This document shows positions 46,901 to 56,890 of a stretch of 64,000 bases of DNA, piece after piece. A model generated the notes under the pieces. That model was not told the origin of the DNA. It was given only the letters and a program-made list of their open reading frames with translations, and made no database searches. Made by a program: the position numbers and the translations under genes. The DNA comes from an uncultured Victivallaceae bacterium. Lineage in GTDB: Bacteria; Verrucomicrobiota; Lentisphaeria; Victivallales; Victivallaceae. The stretch is taken from assembly GCA_944392655.1 (NCBI GenBank), contig CALXXL010000011.1, positions 3,924-67,923 of the forward strand. The letters run 5' to 3'. Numbering within the stretch: position 1 is the first letter of the stretch; each line of letters starts with the position of its first letter.

Positions 46901-48484
46901 TAAAAGTTGAGGCTTACCGGAGAGAACCGCCAGCGCAGCATCGTTACCCATCGAGCCTACAGGTTCATTGCCAGACTCTGCCATCGGCTTCAATATTACG
47001 TCAATATCTTCTCTGGTATAACCGAATATACGCTGCTTTTCCAGCAAATCAGCACCGCTAACAGCAGGATTTACCGAATCAAACAGACCATGCAGCATAA
47101 TCCGGTTCTCCTCTACCCAGCGGCGATATGGCTGGGTACGGGCAATTCTTGTCTTGATTTCCCTGTCTGTACGGATACGGTGATTTTCCATATCAAGATA
47201 GATCATCTCTCCGGGGCCAAGACGTCCTTTGCGAATAACATCCGCCTCAGGCAGATCCAATACACCACTTTCTGAAGCAAGAACGAATATGTTATCCCGT
47301 GTAAGCGAATAACGTGCCGGACGCAAACCGTTGCGGTCAAGAATCGCCCCGGCATTGATACCATCCGAAAATGCCACAGCAGCAGGACCATCCCACGGCT
47401 CCATCAATGCTGAGTGATATTCAAAAAATCCACGTACGTCATTACTCATGTGGTAACTCTTTCCCCACGCCTGCGGCAAAAGCATCAGCATCGCGTGCGG
47501 CAGTGAACGCCCGGCCATTACCAACAGTTCCAGCATATTATCCAGAGAAGCCGAGTCACTTTGATTACCCTCAATCAGCGGCAAAAGCTTTTTGATCTCA
47601 TCCCCGAAAAGCGGCGAAGCAAAATATGGTTCACGCGCCCGCAGGAAATTTAAATTCCCACGCAGAGTATTGATCTCTCCATTGTGTGCCAGATATCGGA
47701 ATGGATGCGCCAGTGACCAGGTGGGAAAAGTATTGGTACTGTAACGCTGGTGAACCAGCACAAGTGCACTCTTAAAATCCGGACAGGCAAGGTCTTTATA
47801 AAACTTGCGCAACTGCGGAGCCAAGAGCAGACCTTTATATACTATTGAACGGGACGAAAAACTTACTATATAACTGTCTTCTCCATGCCCTTCAGCAATA
47901 AAGCGCTTTTCAATCATGCGACGTATAACATAAAGCTTACGCTCCAGAGCCATTCCGGATAATCCGGGAACAGTAACAAAACATTGCCGGATATCCGGCA
48001 GAGAAAGTCTGGCAGTGTTCCCGATACAGGAAGGATCAACCTCAACTTTACGCCAGAATTCAATCTTTCCACCCTCTTCGGCAATTATCCGGTTTATCAT
48101 AATTAATACACTGTCACATACAGCGTGTTCACGCGGCAGAAAGAACATCCCTACACCGTATTCTCCGGCTGGCGGCAACTCCGCTCCACCGGCAATATGC
48201 TTGCGGAAAAATTCATCCGGCAACTGAAGATACACTCCCGCGCCGTCTCCCGTTTCCGGATCACTTCCGGCTGCGCCACGATGCATAAGACGTTCAAGAA
48301 CCTTAACCCCCATCTCAACAATACGGTGAGCAGGAGTTCCATTCAAATCGGCAACCATTCCCACACCGCATGCATCATGCTCATTGTTAAACGAATAAAG
48401 CCCCTGATCCGGCATACGGAAAGCCGCTCCGCGGTTGGAAGAGAAGCCGCACTGTCGTACAGATTGTTGATCCTGATTCATCAT
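43916..48484 (-). CDS. gltB: glutamate synthase large subunit
   Basis: 1522 aa. Ntn-amidotransferase Cys (HDACGVGMV), FMN and GXGXG domains. Confidence 0.95.
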   Translation of the reverse strand: MMNQDQQSVRQCGFSSNRGAAFRMPDQGLYSFNNEHDACGVGMVADLNGTPAHRIVEMGVKVLERLMHRGAAGSDPETGDGAGVYLQLPDEFFRKHIAGGAELPPAGEYGVGMFFLPREHAVCDSVLIMINRIIAEEGGKIEFWRKVEVDPSCIGNTARLSLPDIRQCFVTVPGLSGMALERKLYVIRRMIEKRFIAEGHGEDSYIVSFSSRSIVYKGLLLAPQLRKFYKDLACPDFKSALVLVHQRYSTNTFPTWSLAHPFRYLAHNGEINTLRGNLNFLRAREPYFASPLFGDEIKKLLPLIEGNQSDSASLDNMLELLVMAGRSLPHAMLMLLPQAWGKSYHMSNDVRGFFEYHSALMEPWDGPAAVAFSDGINAGAILDRNGLRPARYSLTRDNIFVLASESGVLDLPEADVIRKGRLGPGEMIYLDMENHRIRTDREIKTRIARTQPYRRWVEENRIMLHGLFDSVNPAVSGADLLEKQRIFGYTREDIDVILKPMAESGNEPVGSMGNDAALAVLSGKPQLLYNYFKQLFAQVTNPPIDPIREQLVMSTMTYIGNQGNILEESPRHAHLVKLLHPILTNEDLERLRSSVVPTFQAATLTMGFDPARGESGLSEALEKLGERAAAEIRAGRSVIVLSDRNLPDGEIPIPALLATAAVNRFLIKHHLRTSAGLVIESGEPREVMHFVLLLGFGATAINPYVALESVVSLVEQGRVPGADAAKATENYIHAIVKGLLKVMSKLGISTLRSFRGAQTFEAIGLSKELVDRYFTGTASRIGGIGLAGVVQEAVSRCRAAEKIPSRVLPSGGQYAYRFDGENHLWNPETITLFHQAVYNNDGNAYKKYAEYINNQERHLCTLRGLFKFKQCQSIPLDEVEPASEIVKRFVTGAMSFGSISPEAHMTIAQAMNRLGGMSNSGEGGEDPARYVVKPGEVSKCSAIKQVASGRFGVTAEYLVNAKELQIKIAQGAKPGEGGQLPGYKVNDEIARVRHSIPGVSLISPPPHHDIYSIEDLAQLIYDLRNANNQARISVKLVSEVGVGTVAAGVAKGHADVILISGHDGGTGASPLSSIKHVGLPWELGLAEAQQTLRLNMLRDRVRLQVDGQLKTGRDVIIGALLGAEEFGFATTILVCLGCLMMRKCHSNTCPVGVATQDPELRKFFTGKPENIENFLYFVAEEVRGYLAALGLHKLEDAVGRVDLLETNEAIEFWKAHNLDFSAIFAEVGGASPLHCTHREPVSLADTLDEQLLIPQAEAALTNKQPVTITCTVNNVARTVGTRLSSEVARRYGHAGLPDDTIKINLKGCAGQSFGAFLAHGITLSLEGDANDFVGKGLSGGKIIIRPAADAPLIAEENVIAGNVIGYGAISGKIFLNGMAGERFAIRNSGMTAVVEGVGDHGCEYMTGGRVVVLGRTGMNFAAGMTGGIAYVYDDDGDFDLRCNTSTVDLENISKGTADEDELLGLIKEHFGATGSPLAGRMLEDWENERAKFVKVFPVEYRKALGRMSKADANAVDRRIQQA

Positions 48485-48530
48485 TATAACCCTTTTGTGT
48501 TTGTTGTTATAAAAAAACCAAGTTTATTTT

Positions 48531-48548
48531 TAGCATATTTCATGCCAA
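48531..48548 (-). promoter_or_regulatory. candidate sigma-54 promoter of gltB
   Basis: The minus strand reads TTGGCATGAAATATGCTA. GG and GC have the correct 10-nt spacing. Lies ~37 nt upstream of the gltB start. Confidence 0.45.
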
Positions 48549-48764
48549 TAGTTGAAATACATATACAACGGCTATACAATATATATAAAGATGAGCTGAT
48601 TCATACAATTAATACGCTATCGGCAACTGCCGGAGTAATGACACATTTTCGTATTCACAGGAATACAACTATTACATTTTTTTCATACCTGCAGTAATGA
48701 AAAACAGACAGAAAAGACGGAGAAAAATATTTTTTGAGCTCATTTCAAGTATCAGCCATAATAT

Positions 48765-48780
48765 TGGCACGGATATTGCT
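48765..48780 (+). promoter_or_regulatory. sigma-54 (-24/-12) promoter of glnN
   Basis: TGGCACGGATATTGCT matches the consensus TGGCACG-N4-TTGCW exactly. 57 nt upstream of the ATG at 48837. Confidence 0.7.
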
Positions 48781-48836
48781 ACATGCAGGTATATTCGCAA
48801 CTTAATGAACAACCTAAATCAAGGAGTATGGTTATC

Positions 48837-50978
48837 ATGAGTAATGCAGTTCGTCGTAAAGCTATAAGCGCAATCGCCGGAAGACCGGCACGCAACTATG
48901 CGGTTATGGCGGAAAGCGAAACCGAAATCTATGGTGAGGACGTATTCAACCTTTCCAGAATGCGTGAATCCCTGCCGAAAAACGTTTACAAAAAATTGCT
49001 CGCTACAATCAAAGCCGGCGAACCGCTGGATCCGGTTATTGCCGATGATGTGGCTAACGCAATCCGCCAGTGGGCAATCTCCCGTGGAGCTACACATTAT
49101 ACGCACTGGTTTCAGCCGCTGACTGGAGGGACAGCGGAAAAACATGATGCGTTTCTGGAACCGGGAGAAGAAGATGAAGCCATTATGGCTTTCTCCGGAA
49201 AGAATCTGATCGTCGGCGAGCCCGATGCATCCAGCTTTCCATCAGGCGGCCTCAGAGCCACCTTTGAAGCCCGCGGCTATACTGCATGGGATCCGACCAG
49301 TCCGGCATTTATCAAGCGCGGACTTAATGATGCCACTCTGTGTATCCCAACTGCATTTTGCAGTTATACCGGTGAAGCTCTGGATAAAAAGACACCGCTT
49401 CTGCGCTCCATACAGGCCTTGAACAAATCCATTATCCGCATGATGAAAGCCTTCGGCGAACCGGGCGACAAACACCCGGAAGTAACGCTCGGCGCAGAAC
49501 AGGAGTATTTCCTGATAGACAAGGAATTTTATCTTGCCAGACCGGACCTGGTTCAAACCGGACGCACCCTGTTCGGCGCTCCGCCCCCCAAGCATCAGCA
49601 GCTCGAAGACCACTATTTCGGCTCCATTAAACCAAGAATTCTTGCCTTTATGAGCGAAGTTGAAACCGAATTATGGCGTTTGGGCATCCCGGCTAAAACT
49701 CGGCATAACGAAGTTGCACCGGCACAGTTTGAAATTGCACCGGTTTTTGAAGAACTGAACCTTGCTGTAGACCACAATATGGTCATTATGGAAGTATTGC
49801 GGCAAACGGCTGAACGTCATAACCTGGTATGTCTGCTGCATGAAAAACCGTTTGCCGGAATCAACGGCTCCGGAAAACACAACAACTGGTCTATCTCATA
49901 CGGCAAGACCAATCTGCTCAAGCCGGGCAATGACCCGCATCAGAACGCTATATTCTTAACTACATTGTGTGCAGTAATTCAGGCGGTAGACCGTCACAGC
50001 GATATTCTGCGTTCGGCCACCGCCGGCGCTGGCAACGACCACCGTCTTGGCGCCAATGAAGCTCCGCCGGCCATCATCTCCATCTTCCTGGGAGAACAGC
50101 TGACTGATATTATCGATCAGATTGAAAAGGGCGAAGTAAAATCCAGCCGTCACGGCGATATGATGCGTATCGGAGTGGATACTCTGCCGCCGCTGCCACG
50201 CGACGCAACAGACCGCAACCGTACCAGTCCATTCGCCTTCACCGGCAATAAATTTGAATTCCGGGCACCGGGTTCCAGCCAGTCATGCGGTGGAGTAAAC
50301 GTTGTATTGAATACCATAGTTGCAGAATCTATTGACGAAATCAGCGCTGAACTGGAAAAATTCCCGAAAGAAGATTTCCTTGCCAATTTGCAGGCTTTGC
50401 TGCAGAAAATCATCCGTCAGCATAAACGTGTTGTATTCAATGGTGACGGATATACACAGGAATGGGTTGAAGAATCTGCAAAGCGCGGCTTGCCGAATCT
50501 GCGTACAACACCGGAAGCATTGCAGCCGCTTCTCGATGAAAAAAATATCGAGCTCTTTGACCGGTACGGTGTTCTTTCACCTAAAGAGATGAAGTCACGT
50601 TACGAAGTCTTTATGGAAGAATATGAACGTAAGATCCGTATCGAAGGCGAACTGGCATTGACTATGGCACGTACAATGATCTATCCGGTAGCTAACGAAC
50701 AGCTGAACAAACTATCCGGTACCGTGGCAGGCCTTAAGGCTGTCGGAGTAAACAATGGATTGCAAAGTTCGGTGAAGGCTCTGGATAAAATCGGCGTATT
50801 GACCGATAAACTCTGTGCTGATTCATGTGCACTTGAAGAAGCATTGCAGAAAAATTGCAGCAGCTCGGTAATTTCCGCTCTGGGAACTCTCAGAAGCACT
50901 GTTGATGAACTGGAAAAACTGGTTGATGACCAACTCTGGCCATTGCCCAAATACCGGGAAATGCTCTTTATCTACTGA
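48837..50978 (+). CDS. glnN: glutamine synthetase type III
   Basis: Start moved to the ATG at 48837 (AAGGAG + 10 nt). ~713 aa. GSIII-type length and motifs ([22 protein letters not shown]). Confidence 0.9.
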   Translation: MSNAVRRKAISAIAGRPARNYAVMAESETEIYGEDVFNLSRMRESLPKNVYKKLLATIKAGEPLDPVIADDVANAIRQWAISRGATHYTHWFQPLTGGTAEKHDAFLEPGEEDEAIMAFSGKNLIVGEPDASSFPSGGLRATFEARGYTAWDPTSPAFIKRGLNDATLCIPTAFCSYTGEALDKKTPLLRSIQALNKSIIRMMKAFGEPGDKHPEVTLGAEQEYFLIDKEFYLARPDLVQTGRTLFGAPPPKHQQLEDHYFGSIKPRILAFMSEVETELWRLGIPAKTRHNEVAPAQFEIAPVFEELNLAVDHNMVIMEVLRQTAERHNLVCLLHEKPFAGINGSGKHNNWSISYGKTNLLKPGNDPHQNAIFLTTLCAVIQAVDRHSDILRSATAGAGNDHRLGANEAPPAIISIFLGEQLTDIIDQIEKGEVKSSRHGDMMRIGVDTLPPLPRDATDRNRTSPFAFTGNKFEFRAPGSSQSCGGVNVVLNTIVAESIDEISAELEKFPKEDFLANLQALLQKIIRQHKRVVFNGDGYTQEWVEESAKRGLPNLRTTPEALQPLLDEKNIELFDRYGVLSPKEMKSRYEVFMEEYERKIRIEGELALTMARTMIYPVANEQLNKLSGTVAGLKAVGVNNGLQSSVKALDKIGVLTDKLCADSCALEEALQKNCSSSVISALGTLRSTVDELEKLVDDQLWPLPKYREMLFIY

Positions 50979-50989
50979 TAATAGAACTA

Positions 50990-51021
50990 TCCGCCGCCAA
51001 CATTGAATTGAACGCGGCGGA
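50990..51021 (+). terminator. hairpin downstream of glnN
   Basis: 8-bp stem TCCGCCGC/GCGGCGGA with a 16-nt loop. The T-run comes only ~12 nt later. Confidence 0.35.
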
Positions 51022-51065
51022 GATTCTCCAAGTTTTTCAATCGGGCCGGACAGATCAGACCGGCG

Positions 51066-51102
51066 GGACAGGAGACTGTCTCCTGTCCGGCTCGATATTT
51101 TA
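51066..51102 (+). terminator. probable Rho-independent terminator of glnN
   Basis: Near-perfect palindrome GGACAGGAGAC-T-GTCTCCTGTCC, followed by GGCTCGATATTTTA. Confidence 0.5.
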
Positions 51103-51140
51103 ATTCCAATAATGCCGGATCGCGCCCCCCTCTTACTATA

Positions 51141-53039
51141 ATGAGTGACTCTATTAAACACGAATGCGGTATCGTTTTACTAAGGTTATTGAAACCGCTT
51201 GATTTTTACCGCCGGAAATACGGATCGGTATTTTATGGTTTTCAAAAATTGTCCCTGCTGATGGAAAAACAGCATAACCGTGGTCAGGACGGTGCCGGAA
51301 TAGCCTGCATGGGATTGGATATTCCCCCTGGCAAACCATATTATCAAACTGCTAAATCAAATTCCGCCACACCTCTGAAAGATCTTTTTGATCAGATTCA
51401 CGATAAAATGGCAGAATTTATAAAAAATAATCACAATCGTCTGGATGATATAACCCATGTTAAATCTGACTCAGCGTTTTGTGGTGAAATATATCTGGGA
51501 CATTTACGCTACGGCACCTTTGGACGCAACGATTTGAATGCGTGTCATCCTTATGTAAAGGAGAGTGTGTGTCAATCCAGAACCCTGCTGATGGCAGGAA
51601 ACTTCAATCTTACCAACGTAAATCAGCTCTTTCAACAACTGATTCACTCCGGACATCACCTCTCAAAATATTCCGACGGCACCGTTATGCTTCATATTCT
51701 GGGACACTACCTGGAAGAGGAGAATAATATGCTGTTCCGGCGATATGCAAAACGTGAAATAACTGCCGGAGAAATTAATGCAAAAATATCTGATGAACTG
51801 AATCCTGCCAGAATTCTGTCCGGCGGATGTGCAAACTGGGACGGAGGATACGTTGTCGCCGGGCTCATCGGCAACGGTGATGCGTTCGTAATCCGGGATC
51901 CTCACGGTATACGCCCGGCATATTATTATATTGACGACGAAATTGCAGTGGTGGCATCGGAAAGACCGCCTATCCAAACTGCATTCAATCTGCAGACACA
52001 GCAGGTTATGGAATTGCCTCGCGGTAATGCTCTGATTATTAAAAAAGATGGAAAAATCAGTATCGAAGAGTGCGTACCGCAACTTTCGCCGGCAAGCTGT
52101 TCTTTCGAACACATTTACTTCTCCCGTGGCAATGATGCAGATATATATCAGGAACGCAAAGCATTGGGACGCGCTTTGACTGGAAATGTTCTGAAAGCGA
52201 TCAACTATGATCTGGAAAATACTGTTTTTTCTTTCATTCCCAATACCGCAGAAACCGGTTATCTCGGACTCAGAGAGGGGCTTCAAGAGTATTGCCGGGA
52301 AACCCAATATGACGATATTCAAAAACTTACTCCGGGCGATTCTGCCGGATTACGCCGTATTCTGAACCGGACAATCCGAACCGAAAAAATCGCAGTCAAG
52401 GATGCGAAACTGCGTACTTTCATCTCCGACAGTTCATGCCGCCACGATTTGATCGGCCACGTTTACGATGTAACTTACGGGGTAATAAGACCGGGAATTG
52501 ATAGTCTTGTAGTATTGGATGACTCTATTGTCCGCGGCGCCACCTTGCGCGACAGCATCCTGCGGATGCTCGACCGGCTTCAACCTAAGAAACTGGTAAT
52601 TGTTTCCACTGCACCGCCTATATGTTACCCCGATTGTTATGGAATAGATATGGCATCTCTCGGCGATTTTGTTGCTTTTGAAGCGGCAGTAAGACTGCTG
52701 CGCCGCCGGGAACGCACAGATCTGTTAAATCAGATTTATCAGGAAGCCAAAAGACAGCTTGATCTGCCGGATTATAAACAGGTAAACACGGTAAAAGCTA
52801 TTTATCAACAGTTTACGCATTCAGAACTGGAAGCGGAAATAACCGATATCCTTAAACCTGACGATTTGAAAGCTGATTTACAGATTATTTATCAAACATT
52901 GGATGCACTTAGATTATGCTGTCCACACTCAGCTGGCGACTGGTATTTCAGCGGGAACTACCCCACTCCGGGGGGCAACCGGGTGGTAAATCAAGCATAT
53001 GTTAATTATATAGAAGGTGTTAACGCAAGAGCTTATTAA
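51141..53039 (+). CDS. purF: amidophosphoribosyltransferase (long class II Gln-PRPP amidotransferase)
   Basis: Short propeptide then CGIV (Ntn Cys), NRGQDGAGI, PRTase motif VVLDDSIVRGATL. Confidence 0.8.
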   Translation: MSDSIKHECGIVLLRLLKPLDFYRRKYGSVFYGFQKLSLLMEKQHNRGQDGAGIACMGLDIPPGKPYYQTAKSNSATPLKDLFDQIHDKMAEFIKNNHNRLDDITHVKSDSAFCGEIYLGHLRYGTFGRNDLNACHPYVKESVCQSRTLLMAGNFNLTNVNQLFQQLIHSGHHLSKYSDGTVMLHILGHYLEEENNMLFRRYAKREITAGEINAKISDELNPARILSGGCANWDGGYVVAGLIGNGDAFVIRDPHGIRPAYYYIDDEIAVVASERPPIQTAFNLQTQQVMELPRGNALIIKKDGKISIEECVPQLSPASCSFEHIYFSRGNDADIYQERKALGRALTGNVLKAINYDLENTVFSFIPNTAETGYLGLREGLQEYCRETQYDDIQKLTPGDSAGLRRILNRTIRTEKIAVKDAKLRTFISDSSCRHDLIGHVYDVTYGVIRPGIDSLVVLDDSIVRGATLRDSILRMLDRLQPKKLVIVSTAPPICYPDCYGIDMASLGDFVAFEAAVRLLRRRERTDLLNQIYQEAKRQLDLPDYKQVNTVKAIYQQFTHSELEAEITDILKPDDLKADLQIIYQTLDALRLCCPHSAGDWYFSGNYPTPGGNRVVNQAYVNYIEGVNARAY

Positions 53040-53959
53040 CGCAATTGCCTGTTTTCACGAACAATCTCTTTTTCGGCGTAACGGAACAGCTTTTCCACTG
53101 TTGCGCCGTTTAATTTACATGACAATTCCACTTTGTTGTCAACGTTTATTACCTCAAGCGCTTTCAGGATCTCACTTTGCAGCATAATATCGCGCCCTAA
53201 AACCAGAGGAATGAAAGCTTGTATCAGCATTTTGGTATTCATTGCCATCGCTGATGCCATATTGACATCCTGACATACTGCTACACCAGATAAGTCGATT
53301 CCTCGCCCGGAGTCATCAACTGCCGCCTCAATTACTGCATTTTTAACTCCACGGAAGAACATTCCGATTACCGTATCGGCCGGACGGCCGGAAAATTTCA
53401 GAAAAGCCTTGCCGATATCTTTCCGGCAATCTCCTTTCCCTGATGCATTCAAGGCCGCTTCAACCCTTCCGCGATCACTTATCATCACAATATCATCAGT
53501 CACAAATGAAGATACCAGATCCATTTTACCACGGATTTTTTTATTCAGACTCTCCTGCGGAAAACGCAATGCCGAATGTCCATTCAACGACACCGGTATC
53601 AACTTCTCCTCCACAGAATCAGCTAAAATACGATTGAATGCAGTTTCCCCCATATCCCCTTGAACCAATATGGTGAAATCCGGACTGACAGTATCTCCAT
53701 TCCAGGTAAAAACTCCACGCTGTAACTGTTCGCTTATAGCGCTGAAATCATACTGTCCTCCGAAATGATCCGAAATTTTCCGGTTGAACTCTTTTATCTC
53801 CTTTTCTAATTCCGTACCACGCAAAGAGTCAAGATCCGCCTCAATCACAACCGCTGCTCCATCAGCAACAAAATCATATATTCCGGCGCCTGAAATCATC
53901 ATAGGCAACCATAGAGATATGGCAAATAATAACTTTATACCTGCTGCTTTCATTACCAT
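53036..53959 (-). CDS. hypothetical secreted protein (paralog pair with 53953-54888)
   Basis: 307 aa, signal-like N-terminus. Same length and C-terminal pattern as its neighbour. Confidence 0.55.
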   Translation of the reverse strand: MVMKAAGIKLLFAISLWLPMMISGAGIYDFVADGAAVVIEADLDSLRGTELEKEIKEFNRKISDHFGGQYDFSAISEQLQRGVFTWNGDTVSPDFTILVQGDMGETAFNRILADSVEEKLIPVSLNGHSALRFPQESLNKKIRGKMDLVSSFVTDDIVMISDRGRVEAALNASGKGDCRKDIGKAFLKFSGRPADTVIGMFFRGVKNAVIEAAVDDSGRGIDLSGVAVCQDVNMASAMAMNTKMLIQAFIPLVLGRDIMLQSEILKALEVINVDNKVELSCKLNGATVEKLFRYAEKEIVRENRQLR

Positions 53960-54888
53960 CCCTCCTCGTCATATTCAAACATATATTTCTGCTGTTCAAA
54001 GTTTTTCAATAACGCCTGCAAAATCCGCTCAAACAATTCGTCTGAAATCTCCAGGTCAAAATGCACCGCATTGTCTATCACGGTTATCTGCGGCGCCATC
54101 CTTAACTCTGCCGCGACTTCAGGCGAGCCGCCAAACAGCATACCAATGCCAAGATTATATACCGCATTCAACGCTGCCTGTATGTCCTTTATTTTTGTAC
54201 CGTGCCAGATACTGGTAAATACGATTTTTTCAGAATCAGCCGCAAGAGTCGCTTCAATATCTTTTACGCCGCCGAACATCAGATCGACAAAATCAGAACC
54301 GCTCTTTTCCGGCAGCTTTAATTTACAGTAAGCTATACCCGCTATCGTCGTATCTTTCAGCTGTTGCCCGGAGTATTCTTTCAGCCAGGTATCCAGTATC
54401 AATTTCCGGCCAGCAATAATTTGCTTCCCGTCCAGGAAAGCTATGACATAATCTATCTCCGACTCAGAAGCAACATTATCTTTTACCATGATTCGTGCGT
54501 CCGGAGCGTTCAACACTGTAAATAGGTCTGGCATTTCAGCCGCTGTACTGAGCAATCGCTCCTTTACCGGCTCCGGAAATTCAATCAGGACAATTGAATC
54601 ATCATGTTTTTCCCAATTGATTACCAATACCGCATAAGGCTGTAAATCATTCAGTTCAAAATGATATTTTGCAGCTTCATTACGTAAAGTATCAATAAAA
54701 AAAACGCCGTTCTCCCAAATCTTTTCAAATCGGGAGAACTGCGTACTTTCAAGTAATTTCCCTGTATCGACAACTACATAAGATTGAACCGATTCAGGTA
54801 TTGCCGGAGCTGCTGTCAAACAACTAAGCCCCGGCAATATTGTCAACAGCAACAGAAATAAGAAGTTTTTTCCAGTCCGGAAAGTCAT
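53953..54888 (-). CDS. hypothetical secreted protein
   Basis: 311 aa, signal peptide FLFLLLLTILPGLSCLTAAPA. Translationally coupled to aspS (stop/start at 54888). Confidence 0.55.
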   Translation of the reverse strand: MTFRTGKNFLFLLLLTILPGLSCLTAAPAIPESVQSYVVVDTGKLLESTQFSRFEKIWENGVFFIDTLRNEAAKYHFELNDLQPYAVLVINWEKHDDSIVLIEFPEPVKERLLSTAAEMPDLFTVLNAPDARIMVKDNVASESEIDYVIAFLDGKQIIAGRKLILDTWLKEYSGQQLKDTTIAGIAYCKLKLPEKSGSDFVDLMFGGVKDIEATLAADSEKIVFTSIWHGTKIKDIQAALNAVYNLGIGMLFGGSPEVAAELRMAPQITVIDNAVHFDLEISDELFERILQALLKNFEQQKYMFEYDEEGW

Positions 54889-56708
54889 TATTCCTGTTTG
54901 CTCTGCTCCTGCGCTTTTTCCATCTTATCCCGCTCTTTTTTAGGCAGAACGACCTGTAAATGCAGTTCACGCAACTGCTTGATTGTCGCCTCTGCCGGAG
55001 CATTCATCATAAGATCCTGCGCCTGCTGGTTGAACGGGAAAGCGATGACTTCACGGATATTGGGTTCATCCGCCAGCAACATCACTGTACGGTCAACCCC
55101 CGGAGCAATACCGCCGTGCGGCGGCGCACCGAGCTTAAAGGCATTGATCATGCCGCCGAATTTTTCATCCACAACTTCCGGAGCATAACCTGCAATCTCA
55201 AACGCCTTGTACATGACTTCCGGCAAATGGTTACGGATCGCACCGCTGGAAAGCTCAATACCATTGCAGACAATGTCATACTGATACGCCAGAATATCCA
55301 GAGGATTCTTATTCATCAACGCATCCATACCACCCTGAGGCATGGAGAAAGGATTGTGGCTGAAGATAATCTGACCGGTTTCCTCATCGCGTTCAAACAT
55401 CGGGAAGTCAACGATCCAGCAGAATTTGAATACATTCGGATCAATAAGTCCAAGCTGATTACCCAATTCCGGAATAACCGCACCGCCGACTTTCATTACT
55501 TCAGATTCCTTATCAGCCAGGAAGAAGAGTGCATCTCCATCTTCAACCTTGCCGGTAACTTTAAGCGCATCGACAATTTCAGGCGTAAGGAATTTAACAA
55601 TAGGACTCTTTACTTCGCCACCGTTCCAAATGATATATGCCATACCTTTTGCCCCGGCAGCCTGCGCAAATTTAATCATATCATCAAAGAACTTACGCGG
55701 TTTGCCAGCCACTTTCGGAGCGCGCATTGCACGCACTACTCCGCCATTCGCCACCACGTTGGCAAAAGCACTGAAACCGCAACCGGCAAAGTGTTCGCTG
55801 ACATCGACCATTTCAATCGGGTTACGCAAATCCGGCTTGTCCGAACCGAAACGGCGCATAGCTTCCCGATAAGGAATACGCGGGAACGGCGCATGAGTAA
55901 ACTCTTTGGTACTGAACTTGCTGAATATACGCTCAAACATCCCTTCGATAACCGCAAAGATCTCGTCCTGTTCAACGAAACTCATTTCAACGTCCAGCTG
56001 ATAGAATTCGCCGGGCGAGCGGTCAGCTCTGGCATCTTCGTCTCGGAAACACGGAGCAATCTGGAAATATTTGTCAAACCCGGCAACCATCAGCAGCTGT
56101 TTGAACTGCTGCGGTGCCTGCGGCAACGCATAGAATTTACCCGGATGCAAGCGGCTGGGAACAAGATAGTCACGCGCGCCTTCCGGTGAACTTGCCGTAA
56201 GAATCGGAGTCTGGAATTCATTGAATCCTATCTCCGTCATATAACGGCGCATCTCGGAAATAACCTGCGAACGCAATATGATATTGCGATGCAGGCGGTC
56301 ACGACGCAAATCCAGAAAACGGTATTTTAAACGCAAAGCCTCCGGAGCAGAGTCATCCTTGGCCACCTGGAACGGAATAACATCCGCCTCGCCAAGCATC
56401 TCCATCCCTTCTGCAACAACTTCAATTTCCCCCGTAGCCAAACGCGGATTTACCGTATTTTCCGAACGGGCAACCACTTTGCCGGAAAATGAAACTACTG
56501 ATTCAACTCGCCAGTGGTCAAGATCACGATAAAATTCACGCTCCGGATCAACCACTATCTGGGTCATTCCGTAATGGTCGCGCAGGTCAATAAAAATAAC
56601 ACCGCCATGGTCGCGCACACTGTGTATCCAACCGGCAAGCCGAACCGTCTTGCCAACATCCGCCTTGCGCAATTCTGCGCAGGTATTGGTTCTGTAAATA
56701 CTCATCAT
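54888..56708 (-). CDS. aspS: aspartate--tRNA ligase
   Basis: 606 aa. OB-fold N-domain ([23 protein letters not shown]), class II motifs ([14 protein letters not shown]). Confidence 0.95.
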   Translation of the reverse strand: MMSIYRTNTCAELRKADVGKTVRLAGWIHSVRDHGGVIFIDLRDHYGMTQIVVDPEREFYRDLDHWRVESVVSFSGKVVARSENTVNPRLATGEIEVVAEGMEMLGEADVIPFQVAKDDSAPEALRLKYRFLDLRRDRLHRNIILRSQVISEMRRYMTEIGFNEFQTPILTASSPEGARDYLVPSRLHPGKFYALPQAPQQFKQLLMVAGFDKYFQIAPCFRDEDARADRSPGEFYQLDVEMSFVEQDEIFAVIEGMFERIFSKFSTKEFTHAPFPRIPYREAMRRFGSDKPDLRNPIEMVDVSEHFAGCGFSAFANVVANGGVVRAMRAPKVAGKPRKFFDDMIKFAQAAGAKGMAYIIWNGGEVKSPIVKFLTPEIVDALKVTGKVEDGDALFFLADKESEVMKVGGAVIPELGNQLGLIDPNVFKFCWIVDFPMFERDEETGQIIFSHNPFSMPQGGMDALMNKNPLDILAYQYDIVCNGIELSSGAIRNHLPEVMYKAFEIAGYAPEVVDEKFGGMINAFKLGAPPHGGIAPGVDRTVMLLADEPNIREVIAFPFNQQAQDLMMNAPAEATIKQLRELHLQVVLPKKERDKMEKAQEQSKQE

Positions 56709-56890
56709 CTACCGATTCAGTTTAGAAAGTTTATAAGATTACGATTATGTATAACTTAGCACAATTTTAGTTCTTTTCAATCAACATGGCTTATTTTTCA
56801 CTTTTTTCCGGATTTATCAGATAGGAAAAAACGACAATATGTGATATTTTAAAAATATATTGTCAATCTTTTCAAACAGGAAATGAAATT

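Noticed and set aside
54960-56189. 409-aa + strand ORF
   Set aside because: It lies entirely antisense to aspS, which carries unmistakable class II synthetase motifs. Its translation is low-complexity and R/H/N/F-rich with no recognisable motif. It is a shadow ORF.
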